Shown here one piece after another: positions 25,283 through 38,634 of a stretch of 64,000 nt of DNA. Origin of the DNA: Eledone cirrhosa. Lineage: Eukaryota. The stretch spans positions 110,980,001 through 111,044,000 of the forward strand of contig OZ024742.1 in assembly GCA_964016885.1 (NCBI GenBank). The letters are read 5' to 3'. The notes below the pieces were generated by a model. It was not told the DNA's origin, searched no databases, and saw nothing but the letters and a program-made list of their open reading frames with translations. The stretch's first letter is position 1. The number at the start of each line of letters is the position of its first letter. The position numbers and the translations under genes were made by a program.

Positions 25283-28200
25283 TTGATACAAAGAGCCAAA
25301 TGCTTTATTAATATGATAAAGCTTATTCCTCAAACATTCAAAAGACCATCCTCCCAAATATTGCCTGCTATCAAAGGGATAGCAACTCATTTGCCAATTC
25401 CTATGGAAAATACCATTAATCATGTTATGGACACTTTACCATCAAAAGAACACAATTCTTTGGAAATTGTTGTTGACTCATTGCCAACTAAAAATAAAAT
25501 AATTTGGAAATCATTAGTAAATATGCAAAATGTTTTGGATGCACTTAAAGAAAATAATGAAATTTACAAAGACATTGAAATTGATACAACAAATTATCTC
25601 AATGACATTGTTTTGTGTACTGGACAGAACTGCACAAAAGATTCTGATCATTTGTTGACTCATTTGACCAAGAAAGATGCTGAAACATTCTATGAGCATC
25701 ACACAGTCCAAAAAATGTATCCATCTTTACTAAATGAAAAGACATTCAAATTTTCAAAATGAATAAATCGGAAGGAGATTTAATAAAAGATAACAATCCA
25801 AAATTGGATATGATGTGCTTTCCCATTTTGTTTCAAGATAGGCAATTTAGAAATGTCAACCTTCATATGTTTGTCAGAAACAGGCTTACGCATTCTGACC
25901 CTAGATTTAGAAGAAACATATCTTTTGTACAATGTTGACAAAGCTGACAAAAGAGGTTTGGATGCTGGAATCTTTGCCATTATGAAGTCAATGAAATCAG
26001 GAAAAATGACTTTGGCAGAATTCAACCAAAAAAATACAAAATAATGAAGGCAACCTCTCAATAATGATGGCAAATGTCAAGGGTTCAAAACAATTTTGGA
26101 ATAGAAAGGCATCGGACCTCCATGCTATGAATGAAAAATTTGGTCCTGCAACATTGTTTGTTACACTTTCATGTGCAGAATATTTTTGGCCAGATTTGAG
26201 AGAATAGTTGGATAAATTGAATAGTGATATTGCAAATGTCAAAACAGCCAATACCAGCACACTTTATGTCAATGATGTTGTTGCTGTTAGTGAATTCTTT
26301 TACCATAGGTGAAATGGTATCATGAATGAAAAAAAAATAATCCAATGTTTGGTAAAGTTTCACATTACTTCAGGAGAATTGAATATCAACAAAGGGGTGC
26401 ACCGCACACCCATATGAAGCTCTGGCACCGATTTATGACAAGGACCCTCCAGAAAAAATTCAACAATTCATTGAACAACATATTACTTGCAAAATGCCTT
26501 GTTCTGTATCTAGCCCCACATTGCATAATTTGGTGTCTAGATTTCAAGCGCATTCATGGACAAAAACTTGGAGAGTTTATGGCAGAGGGGAAAAATGTTG
26601 CAAAAAAGTGTAGATTTGGATTTCCAAAGTCTGATGGAGAATTCAAATTCTTTATTGTGGCAGAACGTGTAAAATCAAGAAAAAATGGTAGAGGTGTCAG
26701 GAAATTGTATCAACTTCAAAGAAAATCATCTGAAAAATATATCAATGATTATAATCCTTTACTTCTTTTGATTTGGCAAGCCAATGTAGATGTTCAATAC
26801 ATTGAAGAAAATAGTATGATTTTGACAAGATATGTCACTAGTTACCAAACTAAAGCTGAAAAAAAATGAGGCTGAAGGTGTTTGTGAAAATTTGGATGAA
26901 ACTAGATCAAAATATGGAAGATACAAATCAGCTGAAAAAAGAGACATTGAAGTATATGAGAGTGCTGATAAGTTGTTAGGACACCATTTATTTGGTTCAT
27001 CTGATCAGGTCATTTGGCTTGGTGCTGATATTCCTAGCAAAAGGAGCCATAGAATCAAATCAAAACAAGAATTGCAAGAAATGCCATAAGAATCCACAAA
27101 TATATTTCATGAAAATATGGTGGAAAATTATTATTCCAATAGACCATTGTTTTTGGAAGAAACTTCATCATATGAAGTTGCTAGTAAATATCCACCTAAG
27201 GAAAAAGAAGAAGCAAAAAAAATGATTATGACAAACAAGAAAGGCTACTTTAAAAAAGTCAAAGAAAAAGTTGTCAAGACTCCAAATGTGCCTCTAAACA
27301 AAGAAAACAAGGAACGTTATTACCACAATATTCTCATGCTTTTTAAGCTTTGGAGAAATAAGGAAATTGATTTATTGAGTGGTTTCAGTTCCTATGAAGA
27401 AGCATTTCAAAATTGTTTTTCAGAATTAGAGTATGAAAATATTAAAAAAAGAATTGCTGATTCTATTGAATTGGCAAAACAATTGGAAATTGAAGGAGAA
27501 AAAGAAAGTAAAGAAAAAGTAATTGAAGAACCAAATGATGAAAATGAAATTGTGGATGGTTTAATTGAAGATCAAATGGAAAGAAGTGTAACTGATGATT
27601 CAGTGGCTGAAAAAGAAGCTCAACTCAATGAAGATCAAAAACTAATTTACAATGAAGTCATTTCAATTATCAAAAAACAAGAGATTCATTGGTATAAAGA
27701 CAAGCCTCTACCCAGATGCAGTTGTGATGACTGTTCACAGCTTCTCAAATTTGTTTCTGATGTTGGTGGAACAGGCAAAAGTTTCTTGATTGACACTTTG
27801 TCTGACAAAATAACTCTTATGACGGATCTATCTAATGGAACTCCTGTCATAATATGTGGACCAACAGGCATGAGTGCATTTCAAATAAAAGGAAATACTC
27901 TACACAGAACTCTAATGATTGGAGTTCAGCATGGAAAGTTTCCAACTTACAAGGAATTGCAAAAAGTGGACTTGAAAATTTTACGCCATATGTATGAAGG
28001 AGCCAGATTGTTCATAATTGATGAAATTAGTATGGTTAGTCACTTGATGCTGGCATTCATTCACAAAAGGCTTGATGAAATTTTTTGAGATCCCCCCAAA
28101 ATAGCATATCCTTTTGGAAAAATGAATCTTCTGTAAATCTTCTGTAAATGAAAAACCAGTATTTTCTAGAATTTCATCATATGATGCCAAAAGAACAGAA

Positions 28201-28763
28201 ATTGGCATTAGTGGGCATTCATTGTGGAAATACTTTCAATTAATTGTTTCTACTTTAGGCACAAGGCCAGCAATTATCCAGTGCATTACTGGTACTTTTT
28301 TATTTTATCGACCCCGTAAGGATGAAAGGCAAAGTCAACCTCGGCGGGATTTGAACTCAGATCGTAAAGGGACGTAACTATGCTGGAAAGCATGGCGTCC
28401 GACCCTCTACTGATACTGCCAATGAGACAAAAAGAAGACAAAGACAACTATGTTGATATTTTGGGAAGAATTGGGATTGGTTCCCCATCAGACTCTGATA
28501 TTAGCATTCTTAAAAGAAGATGCCTATTTCCTGATAGAAAATCATCTGTTGAAGAAATTGCTAAAAAATTGATTGAATTGTATTCTATTCCTGAATTAAA
28601 ATTTGTATGCATTTTACCTTTGAATGAAGCTGTGGATGAGTTGAATAATAAAATGATTAAAAAATGCAATATAAATGCAGTGAAACTTGCTGCAAAAGAT
28701 TCTGGTATGAGACAAGTAAATGGAAGTAAAAAGAAAAATGTTGAAAAACTGAGCATCAAATAA
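25283..28763 (+). pseudogene. Helitron RepHel pseudogene (HUH endonuclease plus PIF1-type helicase)
   Basis: Collinear ORF fragments at 25283, 26345, 26832, 27117 and 28420, with stops, frameshifts and a SINE insertion. Confidence 0.88.
28243..28423 (-). mobile_element. Deu/Nin-domain tRNA-SINE inserted in the Helitron helicase
   Basis: Near-identical to 47125-47300. B-box GAGTTCAAATCC and the gcctttcatccttacggggtcgataaaata domain are present. Confidence 0.85.
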
Positions 28764-28822
28764 CTTCAAGAATTGAATTTACTAACGATTTCAAATATCT
28801 TGTCATCTCAATTAGTAGATTT

Positions 28823-29075
28823 TTGATTAATAATGAAGCAGAACAAAGAATTAATTGTGATATTGTGAACTTTAGCTCAAAAAAGCAGCAAATATATGGC
28901 ACAAATTTTACATTAAAAGCTGCTATACTTCATGAAGGAGTATCATCTACGGCAGGCCATTATACTTGTCTGGTAAAAAGTGGTGCTGAAAATTGGGATG
29001 AAATTAGTGACAACATTATCAAAAAAAGGCACAATAAATTTCCTCCGAAGTTGTGGTTGTATTGTTTATGGAAAA
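28823..29075 (+). pseudogene. UCH/USP-type cysteine peptidase His-box fragment downstream of RepHel
   Basis: FTLKAAILHEGVSSTAGHYTCLVKSGAENWDEISD matches the USP His-box pattern L.A.I.H.G....GHY...W...D. Confidence 0.7.
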
Positions 29076-29089
29076 AATTTAGATTTTTG

Positions 29090-29345
29090 ATATTGGACTA
29101 TTGATCTTGGACTACCAACTTATAATTAGGACTACTGTTAATTCTGGACTACTTCATTTTGTTTTGGACTACTCGCTGATTATTTTGTACTAAATACTGA
29201 TTCTGGACTACTTAATTTTATTTTTGACTACTTGCTGCTTATTTTGGACTAAATGCTGATTTTCGACTACATAATTTTATTTTGGACTAAATGCTAATTC
29301 TGGACTACTTAATTTTATTTTGGACTAACTGCTAATTATGGACAA
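29090..29345. repeat. Degenerate ~19-20 bp minisatellite (ttttggactac core)
   Basis: About 13 repeats of tt(t/c)tggacta. Confidence 0.8.
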
Positions 29346-30274
29346 ATTATTGTTGAATTTGAGCTCACTGTTTATTGCCATTTTATTTATTTACTACTTA
29401 ATTTTATTTATATTTGACTCAGTTATTTTAATTGCTTGTTTTTCTAGCATCTTTAATAACTTCACTTGTTAAATTAAACTCTAAATTGATCATTAGAGTA
29501 TAGTCAATTATAGCTTTCTCTCTATGAGCACACCTGAAGGCTTGTAGTAAGGGTGTTCAGAAAAGGCAAATGTCTCTATTGATTATATTCTACAAAATCC
29601 CTTTTCAATTTTAATATTTTGGATTTTATAGAAATATTGAAATGAAAAATTAATTTTTATGGATGTAAAAAGGATTGTAAATACCTTAGCAAATGGTCAA
29701 GGTAATTTAAATAAAATAATTTGCTGCAATGCCTTAAAAAAAGGGGACTAGACCGAAAAATGCTGGCGCATGTGTATTAATATTCTTAAATAATAATAAA
29801 CCTGGAAAAGTATAGGACAAGTATAGGACAAGTAGAATTAACTCTTAAAATATTGAAGCTGGAATTTGAATTTGATGAATTAAATGTACAATAATAAGCC
29901 TATGGCATCACACTTAATCACAAAGAGGTGAAGGCTGTTAAGATGGCATGGAACAGGACGTTTCGGTGCAGGCATTTCTGTGCCAGCGTTTCGGCACTGG
30001 CATGTAGAATGGTCATTCCCAGCTCTTTCATGTATAGATTTAGAATAAAACAAGAATGACGTAAAGACAACCAAGATAATTTTTTACTCTAATTATTAAT
30101 TAAATAATTAGAAACGATCTAGAAATCACCTTGATTCATTAGGAATGGCCTAGTTAATCTTTGGTGTTAATCTCTAAAAGATAGTCTCTGCTTTCCTCAT
30201 AAGAAAGGAACAGTAATCCAGATTATCAATCAGAATGATATCGCACTTGATCACTAAATTTTCTTTTTGAAATA

Positions 30275-30393
30275 CAGTTGACTATCTCTAATTGTCACTC
30301 AAAGGAACTGTAAAAATGACTGACAATTAGGGAGAGTCACAAAAAATAAAAGTTGGGCCAAAAATGGCGCTGACAATTAGGGAGAGTCAACTG
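30275..30393. mobile_element. pogo/Tc1-mariner-type MITE
   Basis: 23-bp TIRs cagttgact(a/c)tc(t/c)ctaattgtca, TA duplication on both sides (30273-74, 30394-95), internal subterminal repeat at 30321-30339. Confidence 0.85.
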
Positions 30394-30876
30394 TAATTCG
30401 ATCTTGACAAATTTTGGGTTAACCTTTTTAAAAATTAAATTAGATTAATAATTTTAATATGATGACAATTCATGCAAAATTTAGCTCATTACTTTTTACT
30501 ATTAATTTCAATTAATTTTTAATGTCAATTTGAAAAGTAATACAGTATAATTAACCCACTAAAGGGACAAAAAAAGTGACAACTTAAATGAACTGACAAT
30601 TTATGTACAAAATATTGATGACATTAATTGCATTTGGTTGGCAAAATGGTGATTGATGACTTAGGCAGACAACTATGACTTAATAGACTAATAAATCCCC
30701 TAATTCATTATTATTTCTTATTATCTCTTGGCATTGCTAATTTTACTGTAGATTGAATTAATCAAATTCAAATTCCAGCTTCAATATTTTAAGAGTTAAT
30801 TCTACTTGTCCTGTACTTTTCCAGGTTTATTATTATTTAAGAATATTAATACACATGCGCCCGCTTTTTCGGTCTA

Positions 30877-30957
<81 letters not shown>

Positions 30958-30964
<7 letters not shown>

Positions 30965-32002
30965 ATACTTTGGGAGGGTCATGTTGCCAATAAGAAACAC
31001 ACGCACCAGTTGCTTTCACTTCAATTTATTATATATTTATAAATTTATAAATTTACAAATCTACAAACTTATAAATTTCTGGTTGGGCCCTAAATAAACA
31101 TAAACTCAATATTAAGATAGTAGAAAGACCAGGTACCTCCGTAAAAACACTTATTAGCAAGACATACCCGTTCCAAAGACCCTCATGTATAGATAAGAAA
31201 TGTATAACCTGTAAAATAAGCCCCCATATTAACTGTAAAACTAGAAATGTAGTGTATAGCATAAGATGTACTGAAGGACAATGTAGAAACAAAAATATAG
31301 TGTACATAGGTGAGACAGCTCGTAGTATAGGGGAACGAATAAATGAACACTCGCGAGACCTTCAAGATAATAAAGAATCTTCTGTACTCTACCAACATGC
31401 TAAGATAGAACACAAGGGTAAATTAGAGAACATAGAAATGTTTAGGCAAATTACAGAGGCAGTAAGCATAAAAGAATTACAACCAAAATTAAATAGAAAA
31501 TATGAGTGGAACAGCAACATCACAACTTACAATTAAGGACAAAATGAAAACACACACACACATAGAACAAACAACCAACCAACAACATGTAAATAAATAA
31601 ACAAATAGATAAATGAACACAAACACACACAGACACCCGGGTGTGGCGCATGCGCAAACTGAGCACACAACACACACACAGAAACAAAATGGCGTAGGAC
31701 AGAAGAAAGGAAAGGCACAGAAACAAAGAAAGGAATCCCAGTCACTGAAGAGGTCACAGAGCGTGTGACGAAAGGACTATGACTATATATAAACAACTAT
31801 CTGGTTGTGGAACCAACCAACCAACCAGAAATTTATAAGTTTGTAGATTTGTAAATTTATAAATTTATAAATATATAATAAATTGAAGTGAAAGCAACTG
31901 GTGCGTGTGTTTCTTATTGGCAACATGACCCTCCCAAAGTATAACAATATCGGTTTCAACACACGATTTCAGATAAAGAATCTTGCTAAACAAATTCAAA
32001 AA

Positions 32003-32005
<3 letters not shown>
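30958..32005 (+). mobile_element. Neptune-like PLE 3' end (GIY-YIG plus pseudo-LTR) with short inverted end
   Basis: CIDKKCITCK..CKTRNVVYSIRC..VYIGETARSIGERINEH..EAVSIKELQPKLN. 30958-31086 is the inverse of 31822-31949. (TA)n flanks. Confidence 0.9.
31740..31784 (+). ncRNA. Minimal type I hammerhead ribozyme in PLE pseudo-LTR
   Basis: agtca CTGAAGA g gtcaca gagcg tgtgac GAAA ggac TA^ tgact. Confidence 0.85.
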
Positions 32006-32035
<30 letters not shown>

Positions 32036-32038
<3 letters not shown>

Positions 32039-32650
32039 ACAAATATATGGAGGAGAAGGCAATACATTTAAAATCAAGACTTACTACTTACACAGTGTTT
32101 CATTTAAAGTACAATTACAACACAATAGGTCTATATATATGTCACATAACTTTGGCAAGTTATAATTCAAATTTGTTTAATACACCACAGTTACTTCCTT
32201 AGATAAGTATGCCCCCATATAGCGGCCATTTTAGATAAATTAGTTTTTTCTCATTTTAAATGTATTACGGATCAAGGTATTAACTCCGATGTATATTTTC
32301 CTCTAAGCATTCATATGAAGGAATAGTTATACTATTGGATAAATTCGTATTACTGTTGTACTGATTAGACTTTCCTCCAGCAATATCCTTAAAGACAATA
32401 ATTTTTCTTCTCTGAGGATTATGAAGTGCATGAGTTTTATAATAATTGTTTCTACTTTTAGCACAAGGCCAGCAATTATCCTTAGTGTATTACTGGTGCT
32501 TTATTTTATCGACCCCGTAAGGATGAAAGGCAAAGTTAATGCATTCGCATATATATAGACCTGTTATATTGTAATTGTACTTTTAATGAAACACTGTGTA
32601 AGAAGTAAATCTTGATTTTAAATGTAATGCCTTCTCCTCCATATATTTTT
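32036..32650. repeat. Inverted-repeat element (~105-bp arms) containing a truncated SINE (32444-32540)
   Basis: 32041-32141 is the inverse of 32548-32648. The SINE 3' part tgtttctacttttagcacaaggcc...ggatgaaaggcaaagt lies inside. Confidence 0.7.
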
Positions 32651-32882
32651 GCTTATACCTGCTCAGCTTACCATCTGCACTTAACTTATATTAAATATTA
32701 ACCTAACTATAATATTTAACATTGCATCTCTAAGCATTGAGCACACTTCGCTTCGGCTTTAGGCATCTAATATATTATATCATAATTCTTTCTCTTCTAC
32801 TCTTATGATATATGTCTCTTTCTTCGGTATATATACATATATATATACATATATATATATAGAGAGGTGTGTGAGTGTGTGT

Positions 32883-32925
<43 letters not shown>

Positions 32926-32928
32926 CGT

Positions 32929-32982
<54 letters not shown>

Positions 32983-34018
32983 GGATTACAGGTCAACATT
33001 TGTGATATTTAAAGCCTTAAGTTGCACTGAACTGATATAAGTAAAAATGCACCACTAATGTACGGTGCCACAACACAAATGTGATGAGTACAACTTTAAA
33101 AACCAATGTGAAAATAATATGATTGAAGAGTTATAATGCGAAACCCGCCGAACTGGTATCGGTCATGTGCACACTGTTACAGTAGTTAGAGTCATACTCA
33201 GGGATATATTACCCATGGTAATAAACAGTAATTATGAGATATAAATTCATTGCACTAAGCTAGTTTATTAAGTTTGATGGATGCAAGTAATAGAGTAAGT
33301 GTAGATATTTAAAAGAGCTACGCCGCTGTATTTACTGATTATATAAATTCCTAGGCCATGTGTTTCGATACATACAGTCCGTAATATTACTGTAATTCGT
33401 TGTGCTTTAGGTTTTATTCATTTAGAGATCAGTTGATCTTCTGCAAAGGATATGGTATATATATAAACAAGGTAGTCCCTACATGGTTCTTTGGAGTTTG
33501 AAATTACCTTTACAAACTTTCTCAACTCAAGCAATTGTGCCTTAAACAAATGGACATCTTAATTCAAGCTGCGAAGCAGAGAAAATAGGATGGCCATATG
33601 TGTAATACGATTGATTACACGTCTACATGAATAGGGGCAACCAGCGGCTAATAAAAAATGAACGACATAGAAGAATGGTAGATACTAGTAATTATATTTA
33701 TTTAATGTATCTATATAATATTAATCATGAATAATTTATATGCTCTCTACATATTTTTGAAATTAGATATTTGTCTAAAATACATTATAATGTACTCTAC
33801 AAAAACATTCATGGGCCAGTTGGTGGTTCTAAACTGGATGAAGTTTACCACTGCAAAATAGGTACGGTGTCCCCGAAGAACTTCCTTTCTGTTAACACCA
33901 AATTTTACTGACATTCTATTGTTCAATCCCACTCTGTAGATAAAATATATTGGGTAGTAAGGGCGATATTTTTGGCTTGAACTCATAGGATCGAATGCAT
34001 CTTCTTCAAGTCTTAAAG

Positions 34019-34068
<50 letters not shown>

Positions 34069-34589
34069 CATGAGAAGAAAGAAGAATACTGCGTGGTTGC
34101 ACATGGGTTACATATGATAAAAATAGTCCTTCGTCAGTGATTTTCCAACCATCATTGATATTTCATCGCATTAAAAATAATTTACCTCAGGTTGGTGCGA
34201 TAAATAGCTAAATAAAGCTATTGGGACAAGTAAATAGCGTAAAGCGAGTGAGACAAGTAAACAACATAGAAGGATGAAAGCAACGCAAAGATAGGAATAA
34301 ACAAGCAACAGGGTTATCCGGTCAGCTTAAGCTGGGTGGATTTCATGAGCGATCGTGATATAGACCGTCCGACGTGAGTGAGATATATATATATATATAT
34401 ATATATATAGATATATGATGCATTGTATCTCTTCGTAAGAGAAAGTTTTATATGAGGTATATTTCCATTAACATATTTCTCGACACAATGGTGGCACTAT
34501 ACGTCATATTTAAACAATAGTATATGTATGTATGTATGTATGTATTTATGTATGTATGTATGTATGTATGTATGTATGTATGTATATAT

Positions 34590-35562
34590 GTCGGGTCACT
34601 CTTGAGTGCAACTGGTAACATGTAACACAGTACAACCTGTGGCATGGTCGGGTCGTCGGCGACTAAACCGGCAACCCCACCAAGTTTACTTGGTGAGGAG
34701 GGTGATTTTGGACACCCTGCAGGACAAAAGGCAAAACCTGACAAAGGGCGGAAGAACTCATAAGAGTCAACGCCCATCCGAAAGTGTGTAAATATGTATA
34801 TACACATGTACCGCGCGGTTAAACCACTGGGAGTAAAGGACCCCTAGCCTTTGTCAGGGAATTCTTCTAGAAGAAGTCAACTCAGAAAACTGGGATAAAA
34901 AACTGCGATATAAAACCTGCGGCTCAGTAGTTACCGATGATGTTGATCTTTTCTTCTCTTCGGGTTATAGCTACTGTCGCTCAGATTGTAGGATTGGCTC
35001 AGTGCACAGTCTTTCCTCACTTTCAAAAATATCTTCACGCACAGGCATTGCACGATAGAATTAATTAATAATTATTTATAATACGGGACTAAAAACAAAA
35101 CCTGTCAAAGGGCAAAGGAGCTCTTCGAGTCAATGGCCATCCAAAATCACCGGGAGAGATGACCCCTTAGCCTTTGTCAAGGCAGAATTCTAGGAGAAGG
35201 AAAACTCTGATATAACACCTGCAACCCTGATGGTATCCAATGATGTTGACTTGTTCTTCTTTTTGGTAAATATCATCTTGGTTAAGAGAGTGGGACTGGC
35301 TTTGTGCAGTGCCTTTGCTCACTATAAAAGCTTCACGGCACAGGCATTGCTTTATATCTGGAGATCTCTCTGCCCTTGTCGTCACATGGTACCATGGGCC
35401 CAGCACTATGTGTCAATAATTGTCACAAGTGTAGCATTTGTACCAGAGTTTTCAAGTCGCTGGCTGGACTAAAAAGTCACACTCATTCAGCGCATCGGTA
35501 GGGGTTCTCCTACATGGATATAAAGTAGTGGCCGTACTCGAAAACGAGTTGGCAGCCACCAT
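34590..35562 (+). mobile_element. Tandem/chimeric RTE-derived non-autonomous elements (5' segment, subfamily B, subfamily A)
   Basis: Segments match 18003-18197, 17622-17890 and 18137-18672; (TATG)n flanks. Confidence 0.8.
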
Positions 35563-35917
35563 GTGTGTATGTATGTATGTATGTATGTATGTATGTATGT
35601 ATGTATGTATGTATGTATGTATGTATGTATGCATGCATGCATGTATATATGGCCTTTCCCCACTTAAAAAAACCCTTCAAAGCACAGGTATTGCTGGGTC
35701 AGGATATGTTACAAGTTCGTGTGGCTGGCCGTAGCCTAAAAGTGCACCATTTTCTGTAACCTGACAAGCGATTACAATACTCTTAGCAGAAGTTGCAACC
35801 ATCATGTATGTATGTATGTATGTATGTATGTATGTATGTATGTATGTATGTATGTATGTATGTATTTATGTATGTATGTATGTATGTATGTATGTATGTA
35901 TGTATGTATGTATGTAT

Positions 35918-37772
35918 GTTCTTCTGGTTTTATAATTTCACACATTTTTTCCCAATAGAGAGTGAGTCGGTTTCAAACATAGACACAAGACTCTCTCATT
36001 GGAATTTACACATCAACTAGAGAGATTATGTATGCATGCATACATTATGTATGCATGCATACCTGTGTAGATATGGATGTTATTGTATGCGTGGATGTGG
36101 CTGTTTTGAGTTGTATGTGTGCATGTATATATGCTTTGTATCTGTACATGTGTATATGCAGTTATTAGATGCAAAATGTTTGGAATGTTTTACATATTTT
36201 TATTGTTACATTTTCACTGGATTATACTTGTAATTTCCTAACTAGTTGTGTTCTTTCTGTTCCTGTGAAGCCTAGGTTCTCAAGATTTGTACTGAGGCAA
36301 TTACTAACATACCCCAGTGCCCCAATAATCACAGGCATAAATCTGAAGGTGTAATCAGGGTGGAGTATCTGCATATTTCTCATCAGTTCTGTATACATAT
36401 TCTCCTTTTCGCTAATATTTGATATTATATTGGCGTCTGCTGGGCAGCTAATTTCCAATACGTGCATGTTTTCTTCTCCCTGTCCCATATCATAATATCT
36501 GGTCTGTTATGCCTGCATTTTATTGGGGTTTTTACTGGAACATTCCACCAGTACTCTTTCATATTATGTACGTGGATGTCTTCCACATTGCTGTAGCTTT
36601 TAATGTGTTTATTATTGGGGCTTTCTTTTTTACGAACCGCATTGTACATCGTTTTGGACACTACATCATGCCTCATAGGTAGATAGTACCGCGATGACAT
36701 CTTTGGACAGCTGCAGATGACATGGGTGATATCCTCGATGTTAGTTCTGCAGTGTCTGTACTTGTTATCACATTTAGGTGTTTTGCCTGCATCCCTATCT
36801 CTTTTGTGAATCAGATATTTCGTGCTAATCTCCTGTTCCTGGATTGCAAAAGCGTATCCTTCAAAGTGGGAGCCAATATAGCGGTTGTTGGTCCAAGATA
36901 GACTACTTTCTTTATCTATATTACTCTCACTCTGGAGCTTCCTGGCGACATATCCATGCATGATTCTTTGCTGATAGGCATGCAGTTTTTCATCCATGGA
37001 TTCACTGCGATACTGCTGAACCACTTCTCTGGGTGTGAGTTTTTGATTATCACACAGGGTATATCTCTCAAGGAGTTCCTTCTCAACTCTCATGATCTTA
37101 TCTGTTTCATGCAGATAGACTTTCTCGAGAAGCGGGCTCCTACGCCTCGAGGTTCGTAGATGTTGTCGGAAAGATATGATGCGACATTCAAATGTTGTCT
37201 GGACTGATGTTAGGCCTCTGCCTCCCTACTTACGTTTCAAGTAAAGGCGGTCTATGTCACTGTTGATATGGAAGTTTCCGGTGTTGTTCAGTATTTTTCG
37301 AGTTCCAACATCAACTGCTCGGATTTCGTCTATCGTCCAATTGAGTATTGCAAACGTTGGTGTTAGGACAGGCACAGCAAACACATTGTGAGCCACTGTT
37401 TTGTTTTGCGCAGAGAGTTCTGATGACCAGATCTTTCTTAATCGGGTGTAGTATTCCCTGGTTACGCGTTCTTTATTACAGATACCATTATAGGATATGT
37501 TCTCATCTATTCCCAGATATCTGTAGCAGTGCTCATCAGATATCGGTGAAACAGTTAGACCATTGATGACAATGTTGCTAGATTGGGTTGTTGTTGTTCC
37601 CCGCTTTACAGTCATGTATGAGCATTGGCCAAACTCCATTCCTATATCCTTTGAGAACGTTGTAACCAGGTCAAGATGTTTCTTCATCCCATCCATGTTC
37701 TTGGCATAGAGTTTCAGATCGTCTACAAAGAAGTTATGTGTTAGGTTCGTATTTCTGTCCTCCTGTGATCCA
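35918..37772 (-). mobile_element. R4/Dong-clade non-LTR retrotransposon, 5'-truncated (RT, CCHC, restriction-like endonuclease)
   Basis: HNFFVDDLKLYA, YRYLGI, AIQEQEI, YRHCRTNIEDITHVICSC (CCHC knuckle with first Cys degenerate), RHDVV, HNRPDIMIWD, LEISCPAD and PVIIGALG. 3' UTR hairpin at 35952-36002. (TATG)n on both sides. Confidence 0.9.
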
Positions 37773-37861
37773 ATGTATGTATGTATGTATGTATGTATGT
37801 ATGTATGTATGTATGTATGTATGTATGTATGTATGTATGTATGTATGTATGTATGTATTAT

Positions 37862-38468
37862 GGTCAGGTCACCAGTTGGTGCTACTGGTAACATGTATCC
37901 CAGTACAACCTGTCTCATGGTCGGGTCGTTGGCGACTAAACTGGCAACCCCACCAAGGTTTCTTGGTGAGGAGGGTGACTTTGGACATCCTGCAGGACTA
38001 AAAACAAAACCTGTCAAAGGGCAAAGGAGCTCTTAAGAGTCAATGGCCATCTAAAATCACCGGGAGAGATGACCCCTTAGCCTTTGTCAAGGCAGAATTC
38101 TAGGAGAAGGAAAACTCTGATATAACACCTGCAGCCCTGATGGTATCCAATGATGTTGACTTGTTCTTCTTTTTGGTAAATATCATCTTGGTTAAGAGAG
38201 TGGGACTGGCTTTGTGCAGTGCCTTTGCTCACTATAAAAGCTTCACGGCACAGGCATTGCTTTATATCTGGAGATCTCTCTGCACTTGTCACATGGTATC
38301 ATGGGCCCAGCACTATGTGTCAATAATTGTCACAAGTGTAGTGTTTGTACCAGAGTTTTCAAGTCGCTGGCTGGACTAAAAAGTCACACTCGTTCAGTGC
38401 ATCAGTAGGGGTTCTCCTACATGGATATAAAGTAGTGGCCGTAGTCGAAAACGAGTTGGCAGCCACCA
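37862..38468 (+). mobile_element. RTE-derived non-autonomous element, subfamily A
   Basis: Near-identical to 18003-18672; (ATGT)n tail. Confidence 0.85.
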
Positions 38469-38582
38469 TGTATGTATGTATGTATGTATGTATGTATGTA
38501 TGTATGTATGTATGTATGTATGTATGTATGTATGTATGTATGCATGTATGTATGTATTTATGCATGTATGTACGTATGTAAG

Positions 38583-38634
<52 letters not shown>

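Larger units (their letters stand above)
24775..30877 (+). mobile_element. Decayed Helitron (Rep-Helicase); boundaries approximate
   Basis: Rep motifs GPATLFVTLSCAE, FRRIEYQQRGAPHTHMKLW, YNPLLLLIWQANVDVQYI and YVTSYQTK. PIF1 helicase GGTGKSF, APTG-like GPTGMSA, IIDEISMV and MRQKED. Putative 3' CTAG at 30874-30877 followed by T. Confidence 0.8.
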
